Source of the DNA: an uncultured Sphingomonadaceae bacterium
GTDB lineage: Bacteria; Pseudomonadota; Alphaproteobacteria; Sphingomonadales; Sphingomonadaceae
Assembly: GCA_964246315.1 (NCBI GenBank)
Contig: CAXTPT010000011.1
Span: 1,228 to 65,227 of the forward strand
Direction of reading: 5' to 3'
Length of the DNA stretch: 64,000 bases
Positions 42,232 to 52,155 of the stretch are shown in pieces (position 1 is the stretch's first letter; every line of letters begins with the position of its first letter). A program made the translations under genes and the position numbers. Below the pieces are notes generated by a model. That model worked only from the letters and a program-made list of their open reading frames with translations. It made no database searches and was not told the DNA's origin.

Positions 42232-42630
42232 TCACTGAGCCGTCACCGGGGCGGTCAAGGCGAATTTGGGAATGGCGATCTCGAAGCTCGATCCATCCTC
42301 GCCGACCATGATGTAAGCGCCCTGCATCGAGCCCGATGGCGTGTTCAACGGGCAGCCCGAGACATAGTCATAGCTTTCGCCAGGCGCGATGACTGGCTGT
42401 TCGCCGATCACGCCTTCGCCCTCGACGACGTGCCGCTGACCGCGACCGTCGGCGATGATCCAGCGGCGGCTCATCAGCTGCACCGCCATGTCCGAGCCAT
42501 TTTCGATGCGGATATGATAGGCCCAGAACCACTGGCCTTTGTCGCGTGTGGACTGTTCGGGGAGAAAGCTGACCGACACGCGCACGGTGATATTCTGCGT
42601 CGTTTCCGCATAAGGGAACAATGCGTTCAT
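42232..42630 (-). CDS. apaG: ApaG protein
   Basis: WAY.IRIEN, VQL.SRRW.I.D, V.GEGV.GEQP, Y.SG.PL.TPSG.M.G. Confidence 0.95.
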   Translation of the reverse strand: MNALFPYAETTQNITVRVSVSFLPEQSTRDKGQWFWAYHIRIENGSDMAVQLMSRRWIIADGRGQRHVVEGEGVIGEQPVIAPGESYDYVSGCPLNTPSGSMQGAYIMVGEDGSSFEIAIPKFALTAPVTAQ

Positions 42631-42633
42631 CAT

Positions 42634-42742
42634 ATCCTCCCCGGGACGGGGAGGTGGCGCGCAGCGCCGGAGGGGATTTGCCCCTTACACATGCCCCCTC
42701 CGTCAGCGCTTCGCGCCGCCACCTCCCCGTACCGGGGAGGAT
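42634..42742. repeat. CIR/RIME-like intergenic miniature repeat (copy 3)
   Basis: Perfect 11-bp terminal IR ATCCTCCCCGG/CCGGGGAGGAT. Confidence 0.8.
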
Positions 42743-42754
42743 TTTGAGATCGCA

Positions 42755-43963
42755 TCACAATCCGGCACTCCGCAACGCCTGATCGAGATCGTCGATCACG
42801 TCCTGCGGATCTTCGAGGCCGATATTGATGCGCAGCATGCCTTCGTTCACGCCCATTTCCAGCCGCACCTCTTCGCTGAGCCCGCTATGCGTGGTCGAGG
42901 CCGGGTGCGTCATCAGGCTGCGCGAGTCGCCGATATTGTTGCTGATGTCGACCAGCTGGAGCGCGTCGAGGATCGCATGGGCCTGTTTGCGCCCGCCATC
43001 GACGTGCAGCGCGAAGATGCAGCCGGCCATGTCCATCTGGCTCATCGCCAGATTGTGCTGCGGATGGCTCGGCAGCCCCGGGAACAGCACGCGCGGCACG
43101 CGGCTCTCGAGGAAGCGCGCCACCTTGAGCGCATTTTCCGATTGACGGCGAATGCGCAGGTCGAGCGTCTCGAGCCCCTTCATCACCACCCAGGCGTTGA
43201 AGGGAGAAAGGTTTGGCCCCGTATTGCGCTGGAACGGCAGCAGCACCTCATCAATGTACTGGCGGCTGCCGCACACCGCGCCCGCGAGCACGCGCCCCTG
43301 CCCGTCCATCATTTTGGTGGCCGAATAAGCGACCACATCCGCGCCGAATTCGAGCGGCCGCTGCAGGGCGGCGGTGGCAAAGGCATTATCGACAACCGAA
43401 ATTATGCCACGCTCCCGCGCCAGGCCGCAAACGTGGCGCAGGTCGACCACGTCCATCGTCGGATTGGCGGGCGTTTCGAAAAAGAAGGCCTTGGTCTCCG
43501 GCCGGATCGCATCGACCCACGCCTGATTATCACGCGCATCGATGATCGTCGTGGCGATGCCGAATTTGGGCAGCAAAGTATCTGTCAGCCAGCGGCACGA
43601 ACCGAACGCCGCCCGTCCCGCGACGACATGGTCGCCGGTCTGCAGCTGGCACAGCAAAGCGGTGGTCATCGCCGCCATGCCGCTTGCCTGGACGCGGCAC
43701 GCCTCGGCCCCTTCCATCAGCGCGATACGCTCTTCGAGCATCTCGACCGTTGGATTTTGTAGCCGCGAATAGGTCATGCCCGCCTGCTCGCCGGCAAAGC
43801 GTGCGGCGGCATCGGCTGCCTTGTCGTAAGTAAAGCCCGAGCTGAGGATCAGCGGTTCGGAGGTCTCGCCCCATTCGCTGCGCGCGGTGCCGCCGCGCAC
43901 CGCGAGCGTCGCGGGACGCCAATGCTGGGTGATCGACCGGTCCTGTCCGCTGCGGCGCTTCAT
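42755..43963 (-). CDS. metZ: O-succinylhomoserine sulfhydrylase
   Basis: YSRLQNPT, ASGMAA, FFETPANP, DNAFAT, YSATKMMDGQGRVLAG, NNIGDSRSL.THP..TTH. Confidence 0.92.
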   Translation of the reverse strand: MKRRSGQDRSITQHWRPATLAVRGGTARSEWGETSEPLILSSGFTYDKAADAAARFAGEQAGMTYSRLQNPTVEMLEERIALMEGAEACRVQASGMAAMTTALLCQLQTGDHVVAGRAAFGSCRWLTDTLLPKFGIATTIIDARDNQAWVDAIRPETKAFFFETPANPTMDVVDLRHVCGLARERGIISVVDNAFATAALQRPLEFGADVVAYSATKMMDGQGRVLAGAVCGSRQYIDEVLLPFQRNTGPNLSPFNAWVVMKGLETLDLRIRRQSENALKVARFLESRVPRVLFPGLPSHPQHNLAMSQMDMAGCIFALHVDGGRKQAHAILDALQLVDISNNIGDSRSLMTHPASTTHSGLSEEVRLEMGVNEGMLRINIGLEDPQDVIDDLDQALRSAGL

Positions 43964-44086
43964 GCCGTCGCTTTGGAGTGCGGGGGGTGGAGGCGTCAAC
44001 CGTCCCGCAATGAAACGGAGCCGTGAAACGAGGCTTCACTTTCGGCGGTATGTGGCCTAATGGGCCTTAACTTTATGGGGGTACAT

Positions 44087-44746
44087 ATGCGCAATCTCGT
44101 GATTCTGGCCGCAGCGGCGCTCGCGGTCCCTGCCTCGGCGGCCAATTTGATCGTCAACGGCGGCTTCGAAGCGCCCGGCGCGCCGGCCGGCGGTTACAAT
44201 CAGTATTTCGGCGGTAGCAGCTTTACCGGCTGGAACGTCACCGGCGCCGATGTCCTGGTGCTTCACACCACCTATGCCGAATCGAACCTGACGTTCAACG
44301 CGTCGAGCGGCAGCAACGCGCTCGACATCACCGGGGCGGGCAACACCAGCCCGGCGGACGGCGTGTTCCAGACCGTCGCGACGACCGCGGGCAAGGTGTA
44401 CCGCCTGCGCTTCGATCTCGGCAACGCCGACGGCAGCGGCAATGGCAGCTACGTCCTGCCCAGCTCGATCGGCGTGTCGATCAACGGTGGGGCGGTGCAG
44501 AATTTCACCAATGCCGCGACGACCACCTTCGGCGTGAATTGGGCCGCCCAGCAGCTGACCTTCGTCGGCACGGGTTCGGACACCATCGCCTTCACCAACA
44601 CGACGCCTTTGGGCGATAATTATGCCGGCCTCGACAATGTGTCGCTGTCGGTGCCCGAACCGGCCCAGTGGGCGCTGCTGCTCGGGGGCTTCGGCCTAAT
44701 CGGCGGCGCGATGCGTCGCCGCCGTTCGAACGTCGTTTACGCTTAA
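44087..44746 (+). CDS. PEPxxWA-CTERM sorting-domain protein (DUF642-like beta-sandwich)
   Basis: Signal peptide, NLIVNGGFE, LDNVS, VPEPAQWALLLGGFGLIGGAMRRRR. Confidence 0.92.
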   Translation: MRNLVILAAAALAVPASAANLIVNGGFEAPGAPAGGYNQYFGGSSFTGWNVTGADVLVLHTTYAESNLTFNASSGSNALDITGAGNTSPADGVFQTVATTAGKVYRLRFDLGNADGSGNGSYVLPSSIGVSINGGAVQNFTNAATTTFGVNWAAQQLTFVGTGSDTIAFTNTTPLGDNYAGLDNVSLSVPEPAQWALLLGGFGLIGGAMRRRRSNVVYA

Positions 44747-45396
44747 GCTTCAGGCTTAACATTTCTGGCGCCCGGTTCCGCTTCGGCGGGGCCGGGTGCC
44801 GTCGTATCTGGCACCAGCGCGCGCTTCAGCCGCGCGACCAGACGCTCCCGCGCATCCAGCACTTGCGCGGCGCGGCCCGTAAGCAGATCCGCCTCGAGCC
44901 TTGCGCGGTTGCTGTTCAATGCCGCGAACAGGCCGGTCCCGTCATCCTCCGCACCATAGCCCAGCGCCATGAGCAGGCCGCGTTCGAAGAGCACCAGCGG
45001 CCCGGCCCAGGCCCGCGCCGAGGGCGACAGCGTCACCGCGGCAATCATCCCCTCCAGCGCGTCGTGCACCGCCGGATAGGGCTGGCCTTCGGGCAGCACC
45101 GTCGCGGCAAGCGCGGTGACCCATTCGATCGCTGCGGCGGGCAGCGGTTCGGCAAAAAGCTGCGCGCGACTCTCGGCCAATTCGACGGTCAGCGCGGGCA
45201 ATTGCGTTTCGACCCGCGCGCGCAGTTCGGCGACCACGCGATTGCCGGGCATCAGCACCGGCCGCAGCCGCCGCGACCGCCCGCCGCGAACATAACCTGC
45301 CAGCAAGCCGTAATCGTGCGTCAATATCCGGACGACCGCCCCGGCCTCGCCATGCGTGCGAACGGCGCAGACGATCGCCTCGGCGCGGATGTGCAC
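44743..45396 (-). CDS. recO: DNA repair protein RecO
   Basis: A.V..VR.HGE...VVRILT..YGL.AGYVRGGRSRR.RPVL.PGN. Confidence 0.9.
   Translation of the reverse strand: MHIRAEAIVCAVRTHGEAGAVVRILTHDYGLLAGYVRGGRSRRLRPVLMPGNRVVAELRARVETQLPALTVELAESRAQLFAEPLPAAAIEWVTALAATVLPEGQPYPAVHDALEGMIAAVTLSPSARAWAGPLVLFERGLLMALGYGAEDDGTGLFAALNSNRARLEADLLTGRAAQVLDARERLVARLKRALVPDTTAPGPAEAEPGARNVKPEA
44767..44800 (+). terminator. Strong 3' hairpin after the PEP-CTERM gene
   Basis: 15-bp stem with UUCG loop; its G-U pairs work only on the + strand RNA; no clear U-tract. Confidence 0.55.
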
Positions 45397-47358
45397 CTAC
45401 TGCGCCGTCACGGCGGCATCGGCGTGAAAATGGTCGTACACCGTCCGCGCCACGGCATCGCTGACGCCCGGCGCCGTCCGCAAATCCTCAAGGCTCGCCG
45501 CCTTGACCGCGCGCGCGGTGCCGAAGTGCATCAGCAGCGCCCGCTTGCGCGCCGGGCCGATCCCCGGCACTTCGTCCAGGCTCGAGGTAATCAGCGCCTT
45601 GGCGCGCTTGGCGCGGTGCGTGCCGATGGCGAAACGATGCGCCTCGTCGCGCAGCCGCTGCAGATAGAAAAGCACCGGGTGATTGATTGGCAGCGTGATT
45701 TCGCGCCCATCGGGCAAATGAAACACCTCGCGCCCGGCATTGCGGTCCGGCCCCTTAGCGACGCCGACGATAGCGACTTCCTCGACGCCCATCGATTCGA
45801 GCGTCTGGCGCACCGCCGACACCTGCCCCTTGCCGCCGTCGATCAGCAGCAAATCGGGCCACACCCCCCGCTCGCGGTCGGGGTCTTCCTCGATCGCACG
45901 CGCGAAGCGGCGTTCGAGCATCTCGCGCATCATCCCGAAATCGTCGCCGGCGATGGTTTCGGGGCGCTTGATGTTGAACTTGCGGTATTGGCCCTTCACG
46001 AAGCCTTCGGGCCCGCCGACGATCATCGCGCCGACCATGTTGGTGCCCATGATATGGCTGTTGTCGTACACCTCGATGCGCTGCGGCGGGGCGTCGAGTT
46101 CGAACAGCTCGGCGACGTCGCGCAGCAATTTCGCCTGGGTCGAGCTTTCGGCGGCACGGCGGTCGAGCGCTTCCTCGGCATTTCGTTTCGCCTGCTGAAC
46201 CAGCCGGACACGGTCGCCGCGCGATGGCTGGGCAACGGCTACCTTGCGGCCGGCCTTGTCCGACAGCGCCTCTTCGATCAGCGCCTGTTCGGGCAACTCA
46301 CGGTCGGTGAGGATGTTGCGCGGCGGCGGCACTTCCTCGTAGAATTGCAGCATCGTCGCGGCGAGCACATCGGCTTCCGGAATATCGCCCGTATGGGCCG
46401 GGAACACCGCGCGGTGCCCCCAATTCTGCCCGCCGCGGATGAAGAAGGCCTGGACGCACATCACCCCCGATTTGCAGGCGAGCGCGAAGATGTCCGCGTC
46501 CCCCACCCCTTCGGCATTGATGAACTGGCTGCCCTGAATGAAGGTCAGCGCGCGCAGCCGGTCGCGCAGCATCGCCGCGCGCTCGAAGTCCATCGCCTCG
46601 GCCGCTTCGGTCATCGCATCCTGGATCTTGGTCTGGACGCTGGTCGCCTTCCCCGCGAGGAACGATTTCGCGTCGCCGACCAGCTCGGCATAGCCCGGCT
46701 GATCGATCCGTTCGACGCACGGCGCGGAGCAGCGCTTGATCTGGTAGAGCAGGCACGGCCGGTCGCGATTGGCGAAAAAGCCGTCGGTGCAGCTTCTTAG
46801 CAGGAACAGCTTCTGCAACGCGTTAAGCGTGGTGTTGACCGATCCGGCGCTGGCGAACGGTCCGTAATAGTCGCCCTTGGCCCGCCGCGCGCCGCGGTGC
46901 TTCTGGATGCGCGGATATTTGTGATCGGCGCGGATCAGGATGAACGGAAACGATTTATCGTCGCGCAGCAGCACGTTGTAGGCCGGGCGATAGCGCTTGA
47001 TCAGCTGCGCCTCGAGCAGCAGCGCCTCGGCCTCGTTATTGGTCGTCACCACGGTCATGCCGCGCGTCTGCGCGACCATCCGCTGGAGGCGCTTGGAAAG
47101 GCGCGCGACCTGACAATAATTGGCGACGCGGTTCTTCAGCGTGCGCGCCTTGCCGACATAGAGCACGTCGCCACGCGCGTCGATCATGCGATAGACGCCG
47201 GGCTTGGCCGGCAGGGTGCGCAGCACATTGCGGATCGCCGCCACGCCCGCATCAAGATCGGGCTGATCCGATCCGCGCACGGCGAAGGTCGCCTGGTCCT
47301 CCAGGAAGCGCGCCGGGCCGCGCGGGGTGTCGGGTCGTCCGGCCGGGGTTCGCGCCAT
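45397..47358 (-). CDS. uvrC: Excinuclease ABC subunit C
   Basis: PGVYRM..A.G.VLYVGKA..LK.RV..Y, RIEVYDNSH, DGGKGQ, RDEAHRFA, C-terminal HhH. Confidence 0.97.
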   Translation of the reverse strand: MARTPAGRPDTPRGPARFLEDQATFAVRGSDQPDLDAGVAAIRNVLRTLPAKPGVYRMIDARGDVLYVGKARTLKNRVANYCQVARLSKRLQRMVAQTRGMTVVTTNNEAEALLLEAQLIKRYRPAYNVLLRDDKSFPFILIRADHKYPRIQKHRGARRAKGDYYGPFASAGSVNTTLNALQKLFLLRSCTDGFFANRDRPCLLYQIKRCSAPCVERIDQPGYAELVGDAKSFLAGKATSVQTKIQDAMTEAAEAMDFERAAMLRDRLRALTFIQGSQFINAEGVGDADIFALACKSGVMCVQAFFIRGGQNWGHRAVFPAHTGDIPEADVLAATMLQFYEEVPPPRNILTDRELPEQALIEEALSDKAGRKVAVAQPSRGDRVRLVQQAKRNAEEALDRRAAESSTQAKLLRDVAELFELDAPPQRIEVYDNSHIMGTNMVGAMIVGGPEGFVKGQYRKFNIKRPETIAGDDFGMMREMLERRFARAIEEDPDRERGVWPDLLLIDGGKGQVSAVRQTLESMGVEEVAIVGVAKGPDRNAGREVFHLPDGREITLPINHPVLFYLQRLRDEAHRFAIGTHRAKRAKALITSSLDEVPGIGPARKRALLMHFGTARAVKAASLEDLRTAPGVSDAVARTVYDHFHADAAVTAQ

Positions 47359-47413
47359 GGGAATGATTTAGTATGTTCTTATGATTACGCCAACGGGCCA
47401 GGCAGATGTAATG

Positions 47414-47442
47414 AGGGGCCAGCCCCTGACTTGCTGGCCCCT
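47414..47442 (-). terminator. Hairpin immediately after the small ORF
   Basis: AGGGGCCAGC-N9-GCTGGCCCCT perfect 10-bp stem, 4 nt after the stop. Confidence 0.6.
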
Positions 47443-47446
47443 TACT

Positions 47447-47593
47447 TCACTGCGTTAGCAATTTAGCGACCCGCTCAGCATCGTCGCGACATTTAAAATC
47501 GCGAAGCACTGATACTTGCATCATGAAGCATGTAAAAAACACGCAACTCCATGACCCATTTTCAGGCCAAATATGGTATAAAAGTTTTCGCAT
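47447..47593 (-). CDS. Small hypothetical protein (48 aa)
   Basis: AGGAG SD 7 nt before ATG, downstream hairpin, AT-rich context; MRKLLYHIWPENGSWSCVFF... Confidence 0.5.
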   Translation of the reverse strand: MRKLLYHIWPENGSWSCVFFTCFMMQVSVLRDFKCRDDAERVAKLLTQ

Positions 47594-47730
47594 GATCGAT
47601 CTCCTGAAGAGATTCGAATTGCGATGCTGCAACCATAGTGCCTGATACGAATCGACAACCTAAAGGCGCCAGGGCTTTTAGGTTCAATCAAGAACGAGAC
47701 ACTCTTAAGCAGTCATCGGGCTAATGCGAT

Positions 47731-49101
47731 CTACGACAATGATGGGTCGATAGGCGCCTCCTCTTGCCCTGCAAGTTTGATCAGGGGCCGAACGGGCTGC
47801 TCCGATCCTTTGAGTGTGTCAATCTGACGATTGCCGATATCCACATTTAAATCTTCGAAGCGTCGAGCTTGAGTTAAGACTTGGGTTTCCAGGCTCCCAA
47901 CCAAGCTGTTGTATGACGATATCGCCAAGTCGAGATTACGCCCCACTTTACCCACGTGCCCGCCCATTACAGCAAGGCGCGAATAAAGCTCTTTGCCTAA
48001 AATCGCAATTTCACGTGCTTGACCCGCCAGCTTCTCCTGACGCCACACCGCCGCAATCGTACGGGCAATGGCGACGAGATTAGTTGAGGTTGCGAGTAAT
48101 ACGCGCCGTTCGAAAGCGAAATCCCACAGGCCCGGATCGTGCTCAAGCGCAGCCGACAGAAAGTGTTCGCCGGGAACGAACATTATGACATAATCGGGCG
48201 CGTCGTTGAATTGGCTCCAATAGGCCTTATTACCGAGCGCATTGACATGGTTGCGCATCGAGGTGGCATGAGCAGCGAGGCCTAGCCGGCGCCCCTCGTC
48301 GTCCACCGCATTGAACGCATCCTGATAGGCGTTGAGCGACACCTTGGCGTCGATCACCAGCGCCTTGCCGCCCGGAATCTTCACTACCGCATCGGGGCGC
48401 AGGCGACCGCCGTCATGCTCGACGCTGACTTCGGTACGGAAATCGGTATGCTCGGCCAGGCCGCAGCTTTCGAGGACGTTCCTGAGCTGCTGCTCGCCCC
48501 AACGCCCGCGCGCCTTGGGGGCGTTGCGCAGCGCGTTGACGAGGTTCGCGGCCTCGGCCGAGACGCGCTCGGTGCCCGTGCGCATCGCCTCGATCTGCCC
48601 TTGCAGCACGCCGAACGCATCGCGCCGCTCGGCCTCGACCTTGGTCACCGACTCCTCGTAGCGCTTCAGCGTATCCTGCACCGGGCGGATCAGCGCAGTG
48701 ACGCCCAGCTTGGTGGTTTCCTCCGATTGCCGGAACCGTTCATCAGCGCGTTCGAGGAATTTGGTCTGCGCCGCGTCGAGCGTGGTCTGGGCGATCGCCT
48801 TGAACTGGATGGGGAGCGATTCGCGCACGTCTTTCAATTCGGTGAGCAGCCGGGCCTGCGCCGCAGCCTGCTCTTCACTACGCGCGGTGAGATCGGCGAT
48901 CCTGATCCGCAGCGATCCACACTCGCCCACTGCGCTATCCCGCTCGGCTTCGATCGTTTCGCGCAAGCTTCGCAGCATCTCGCCCTGCGCGACGCTGGCC
49001 GCATGATCGGCCCTGACCGCTGCCGCGCCGCGTCCACCGATCAGCCAGCCGAGCACGAGGCCGACCATCAAAGCGACGATGCCGATTACGATCAATTCCA
49101 C
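47731..49101 (-). CDS. rmuC: DNA recombination protein RmuC
   Basis: N-terminal TM and coiled coil, K.RG.WGE.QL, RPD.VV..PG, IDAKVSL.AY, MFVPGE. Confidence 0.94.
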   Translation of the reverse strand: MELIVIGIVALMVGLVLGWLIGGRGAAAVRADHAASVAQGEMLRSLRETIEAERDSAVGECGSLRIRIADLTARSEEQAAAQARLLTELKDVRESLPIQFKAIAQTTLDAAQTKFLERADERFRQSEETTKLGVTALIRPVQDTLKRYEESVTKVEAERRDAFGVLQGQIEAMRTGTERVSAEAANLVNALRNAPKARGRWGEQQLRNVLESCGLAEHTDFRTEVSVEHDGGRLRPDAVVKIPGGKALVIDAKVSLNAYQDAFNAVDDEGRRLGLAAHATSMRNHVNALGNKAYWSQFNDAPDYVIMFVPGEHFLSAALEHDPGLWDFAFERRVLLATSTNLVAIARTIAAVWRQEKLAGQAREIAILGKELYSRLAVMGGHVGKVGRNLDLAISSYNSLVGSLETQVLTQARRFEDLNVDIGNRQIDTLKGSEQPVRPLIKLAGQEEAPIDPSLS

Positions 49102-49206
49102 GCGTTCAATCCCGTCCGATTCACACGATTCACAGGTGGCAATGGGTCACGCAAATCGTGCCTCAGCCAAGGGGGAACATGCCATGAACTTCGCGGTGCG
49201 GCAAAG

Positions 49207-49581
49207 CTAAATCTGCGGACGCTCCCGCAAGCCCGACAGCTTGACGACGGCCAGCACGGCGACGATCGCCAGGGTATCGGCAACCCAATCCTTCGGTTCG
49301 CAATCGCGATGCAGCGCGGGAATCGACTGGAACACCTCGATCAGCGCGCCGAGAAACGAAAGCCGCTCACCGATGGGGAGCAGCGGTGAGTCGCGCCAAC
49401 CAAAGGCCGCCAAGCCGGCGAGCACACCAAACGTAATCGCGTGCTTCAGCTTGTCCCACAGTGTGGCGAACGGATCGTCAACCGCCGGCAACAGCGCCAA
49501 AATCACGGCGCCGATCATCGCCGCCACGAACAGCACGCGAAACAGGCGCTGGATGCGCATGTCGGCCAGCAAGGCGATCAT
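49207..49581 (-). CDS. VanZ-like membrane protein
   Basis: WDKLKH..TF..L, GALIE..Q, RD....DW.AD. Confidence 0.7.
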   Translation of the reverse strand: MIALLADMRIQRLFRVLFVAAMIGAVILALLPAVDDPFATLWDKLKHAITFGVLAGLAAFGWRDSPLLPIGERLSFLGALIEVFQSIPALHRDCEPKDWVADTLAIVAVLAVVKLSGLRERPQI

Positions 49582-49587
49582 CTTGAA

Positions 49588-50112
49588 TTAGGCCGCGCGG
49601 CGCAGCTTGTTGAGTTTTTTCAGGATCATCTCGCGCTTCAAACGGCTGAGGCGATCGATGAACAGCACGCCTTCGAGGTGATCCAGCTCGTGCTGCAAGC
49701 ACGTGGCGAGCATGCCTTCGATGCGCTCGTCATGCTGCGTGCCATCGAGGTCGAGCCAGCGCGCGCGGCACGACGCCGGGCGATCGACCTCGGCATATTG
49801 ATCGGGCACCGACAGGCAGCCTTCATTATAGGTGTTCTGCTCATCCGCCGGCTCGAGGATCTCCGGGTTGATGAACACGCGCGGATCGCGGACCGGCTTG
49901 CCTTCCGCGTCATCTTGTTCCTGCAGGTCGATGACCAGGATACGCTGGGGCACGCCGATTTGGATCGCCGCGAGGCCGATCCCCGGTGCATCGTACATCG
50001 TCTCGAACATGTCGCCGACAAGCGTGCGGACGCCATCGTCGATCGTGTCGACCGGCTTGGAAATCACGCGCAGCCGCGGGTCGGGCGCTTCGAGGATTGG
50101 CAGGATGGCCAT
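49588..50112 (-). CDS. def: Peptide deformylase
   Basis: [26 protein letters not shown]. Confidence 0.97.
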   Translation of the reverse strand: MAILPILEAPDPRLRVISKPVDTIDDGVRTLVGDMFETMYDAPGIGLAAIQIGVPQRILVIDLQEQDDAEGKPVRDPRVFINPEILEPADEQNTYNEGCLSVPDQYAEVDRPASCRARWLDLDGTQHDERIEGMLATCLQHELDHLEGVLFIDRLSRLKREMILKKLNKLRRAA

Positions 50113-50121
50113 CGCGACCAA

Positions 50122-50499
50122 TTAGGCCGCGGGGGCTTCGCTTTCAACCGCTGGCGCCTCCCACAATTCGATCGGATTGCCCTCGGGATCGTGGATGCGC
50201 GCGAAACTGCCGATAGCGGGGTCGTTCCATTCGGGCTTGGTGATCACATCCACGCCGTTCGCGCGAAGCTTGTCGAGCAGCGCGTCGAGACCCTCCACCC
50301 GGTAATTGAGCATGATCTGGCGATCGGCCGGGAAATAATCCGAATCGCGCGCAAAGGGCGAAAAGAAGGTGGTGCCCGCCTGCTGCTGCCAGGCGCCCCA
50401 ATCGTTACCGCCGATACCGAGATTGTCCGCATACCATTGGCTCAATGCCTTGGTGTCGTCCGCCCGCAGGAAGATGCCCCCTATCCCCGTCACGCCCAT
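50122..50499 (-). CDS. VOC/glyoxalase family protein
   Basis: VTGIGGIFLR, M.NYRV..LD.L, F..I.DPEGNPIELWE. Confidence 0.88.
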   Translation of the reverse strand: MGVTGIGGIFLRADDTKALSQWYADNLGIGGNDWGAWQQQAGTTFFSPFARDSDYFPADRQIMLNYRVEGLDALLDKLRANGVDVITKPEWNDPAIGSFARIHDPEGNPIELWEAPAVESEAPAA

Positions 50500-50510
50500 G
50501 ATCGCCTCCG

Positions 50511-51107
50511 CTAAGAAACCGGCCTGCGTGCCCTCAATGCCTGGGCGAGCGTGCCGTCGTCCAGCCAGTCGAGCTCGCCACCTACCGGCAGGCCATGCGC
50601 CAACTGGGTCAGCCGCACCGGCAGGCCTTCGAGCCGATCGGCGATGTAATGCGCGGTGGTCTGACCTTCCAGCGTCGCGTTCATCGCCAGCACGACCTCG
50701 TCCACCCCGCCCTCGCCGACGCGGGCGACGAGGCGGTCGATGGTCAGATCCTCGGGCCGCACGCCGTCCAGCGCCGACAATCGCCCGCCCAGCACGTGAA
50801 ACCGCCCGGGGAACAGCCGCGAGCGTTCGAGCGCCCATAAATCGCTGACTTCTTCGACCACGGCGATGGCACGCTGGTCACGCCGCGGATCGGCGCAGAT
50901 GCCGCAGGGATCGCTGGTATCGATATTGCCGCAGGCGGCGCATTCGGTCAGCCGGCGGTCGATCGCCTCCAGCGCCGCGAGCAGCGGCACCAGCGCCGCC
51001 TCGCGCCGCTTCATCAGATGGAGCACCGCCCGCCGCGCCGAGCGTGGTCCAAGCCCGGGAAGCCGGGCCAGGGCTTGCGTCAGCGCATCGAGCTCGGGGG
51101 ACGCCAT
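50511..51107 (-). CDS. recR: Recombination protein RecR
   Basis: [15 protein letters not shown].....PC.IC zinc finger, VVE...DL, HVLGG.LS, T.EGQTT, LA.G.P.GGEL. Confidence 0.96.
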   Translation of the reverse strand: MASPELDALTQALARLPGLGPRSARRAVLHLMKRREAALVPLLAALEAIDRRLTECAACGNIDTSDPCGICADPRRDQRAIAVVEEVSDLWALERSRLFPGRFHVLGGRLSALDGVRPEDLTIDRLVARVGEGGVDEVVLAMNATLEGQTTAHYIADRLEGLPVRLTQLAHGLPVGGELDWLDDGTLAQALRARRPVS

Positions 51108-51136
51108 GCGTGCGATGTAATCCTCTGTTCCCGTTT

Positions 51137-51227
51137 CGTCATCCTGAACTTGTTTTAGGGTCCACCTCCCCGTCTCGATCAGGCCCAAGCGCTATCGGAC
51201 GGATGCCGAAACAGGTTCAGCATAACG
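51137..51227. repeat. CGTC-type REP doublet (GTCATCCTGAACTTG class, degenerate)
   Basis: CGTCATCCTGAACTTGTTTTAGGGTCC ... GGATGCCGAAACAGGTTCAGCATAACG. Confidence 0.7.
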
Positions 51228-51249
51228 AATGCGGCAGTATAGGGACCCT

Positions 51250-52155
51250 ATGAGAGTGGTTTTCATGGGCACGCCCGATTTCGCGGTCCCGAGCCTCGAT
51301 GCGCTGGTGCATGCGGAGCACGAACTGGTGTGTGTCTACACCCAGCCGCCCCGACCGGCGGGACGCGGCAAGCGGCTGCAACCTTCGCCAGTGCAATTGC
51401 GTGCGGAAAGCTTGGGGATCGCGGTGCGCGCGCCGGAGCGCCTGCGCGGGGCGGAGGAACACGCCGAATTTGCCGCGTTGGGCGCTGATGTCGCGATCGT
51501 CGCGGCCTATGGCCTGATCCTGCCGCAAGCGGTGCTCGATGCGCCCAGGCATGGCTGCATCAACGTCCATGCCTCACTATTGCCGCGCTGGCGGGGCGCG
51601 GCGCCGATCCACCGCGCGATCCTCGCCGGCGATGATGTGACCGGCGTGACCATCATGCAGATGGAGGCGGGCCTCGACACCGGGCCGATGCTGGCCAGCG
51701 GAGAATTGCCGATCGGCGGACAAAACACGGCGCAACTCACTGAACAATTGGCACAAATTGGGGCAAAGCTGCTTGTGGAGGTCCTTGCCGGCCGCGGTGC
51801 GTACCCGCCGCAGACCCAGCCCGCAAACGGCGTCACCTACGCCGCGAAGATCGACAAGACCGAAACCCGCCTCGATTTTTCGCGATCCGCCGAGCAGGTC
51901 ACGCGGCAAGTACGCGCCTTCGCTCCCGCTCCTGGTGCATGGTTCGAATTCAGCGGCGAACGCATCCGCATTCTCGAAGCCGTGACGCAGGCGCAAGGCG
52001 GCGCGCCGGGCGAGGTCCTCGACGACGGGCTGACGATCGCCTGCGGCTCTGGGTCGATCCGGCCGATCCGGGTTCAGCGCGCCGGACGTGGCATGATGTC
52101 ACCCGACGAAATGTTGCGCGGTTTCGCCATCCCCGCCGGCACGCGCTTCGCATGA
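51250..52155 (+). CDS. fmt: Methionyl-tRNA formyltransferase
   Basis: [49 protein letters not shown]. Confidence 0.97.
   Translation: MRVVFMGTPDFAVPSLDALVHAEHELVCVYTQPPRPAGRGKRLQPSPVQLRAESLGIAVRAPERLRGAEEHAEFAALGADVAIVAAYGLILPQAVLDAPRHGCINVHASLLPRWRGAAPIHRAILAGDDVTGVTIMQMEAGLDTGPMLASGELPIGGQNTAQLTEQLAQIGAKLLVEVLAGRGAYPPQTQPANGVTYAAKIDKTETRLDFSRSAEQVTRQVRAFAPAPGAWFEFSGERIRILEAVTQAQGGAPGEVLDDGLTIACGSGSIRPIRVQRAGRGMMSPDEMLRGFAIPAGTRFA

Noticed and set aside
43964-44086. SAM riboswitch before metZ, or a sigma54 promoter before the PEP-CTERM gene
   Set aside because: No SAM-II/SAM-SAH core and no TGGCAC-N5-TTGC match seen
44668-46800. 710-aa plus-strand ORF, and other long antisense ORFs (e.g. 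7890-9035, 25345-26712, 56099-57379, 60236-61651)
   Set aside because: Shadow frames opposite well-supported genes (uvrC/recO, ychF, petB, nadA, qor/leuD); expected in high-GC DNA, no motifs
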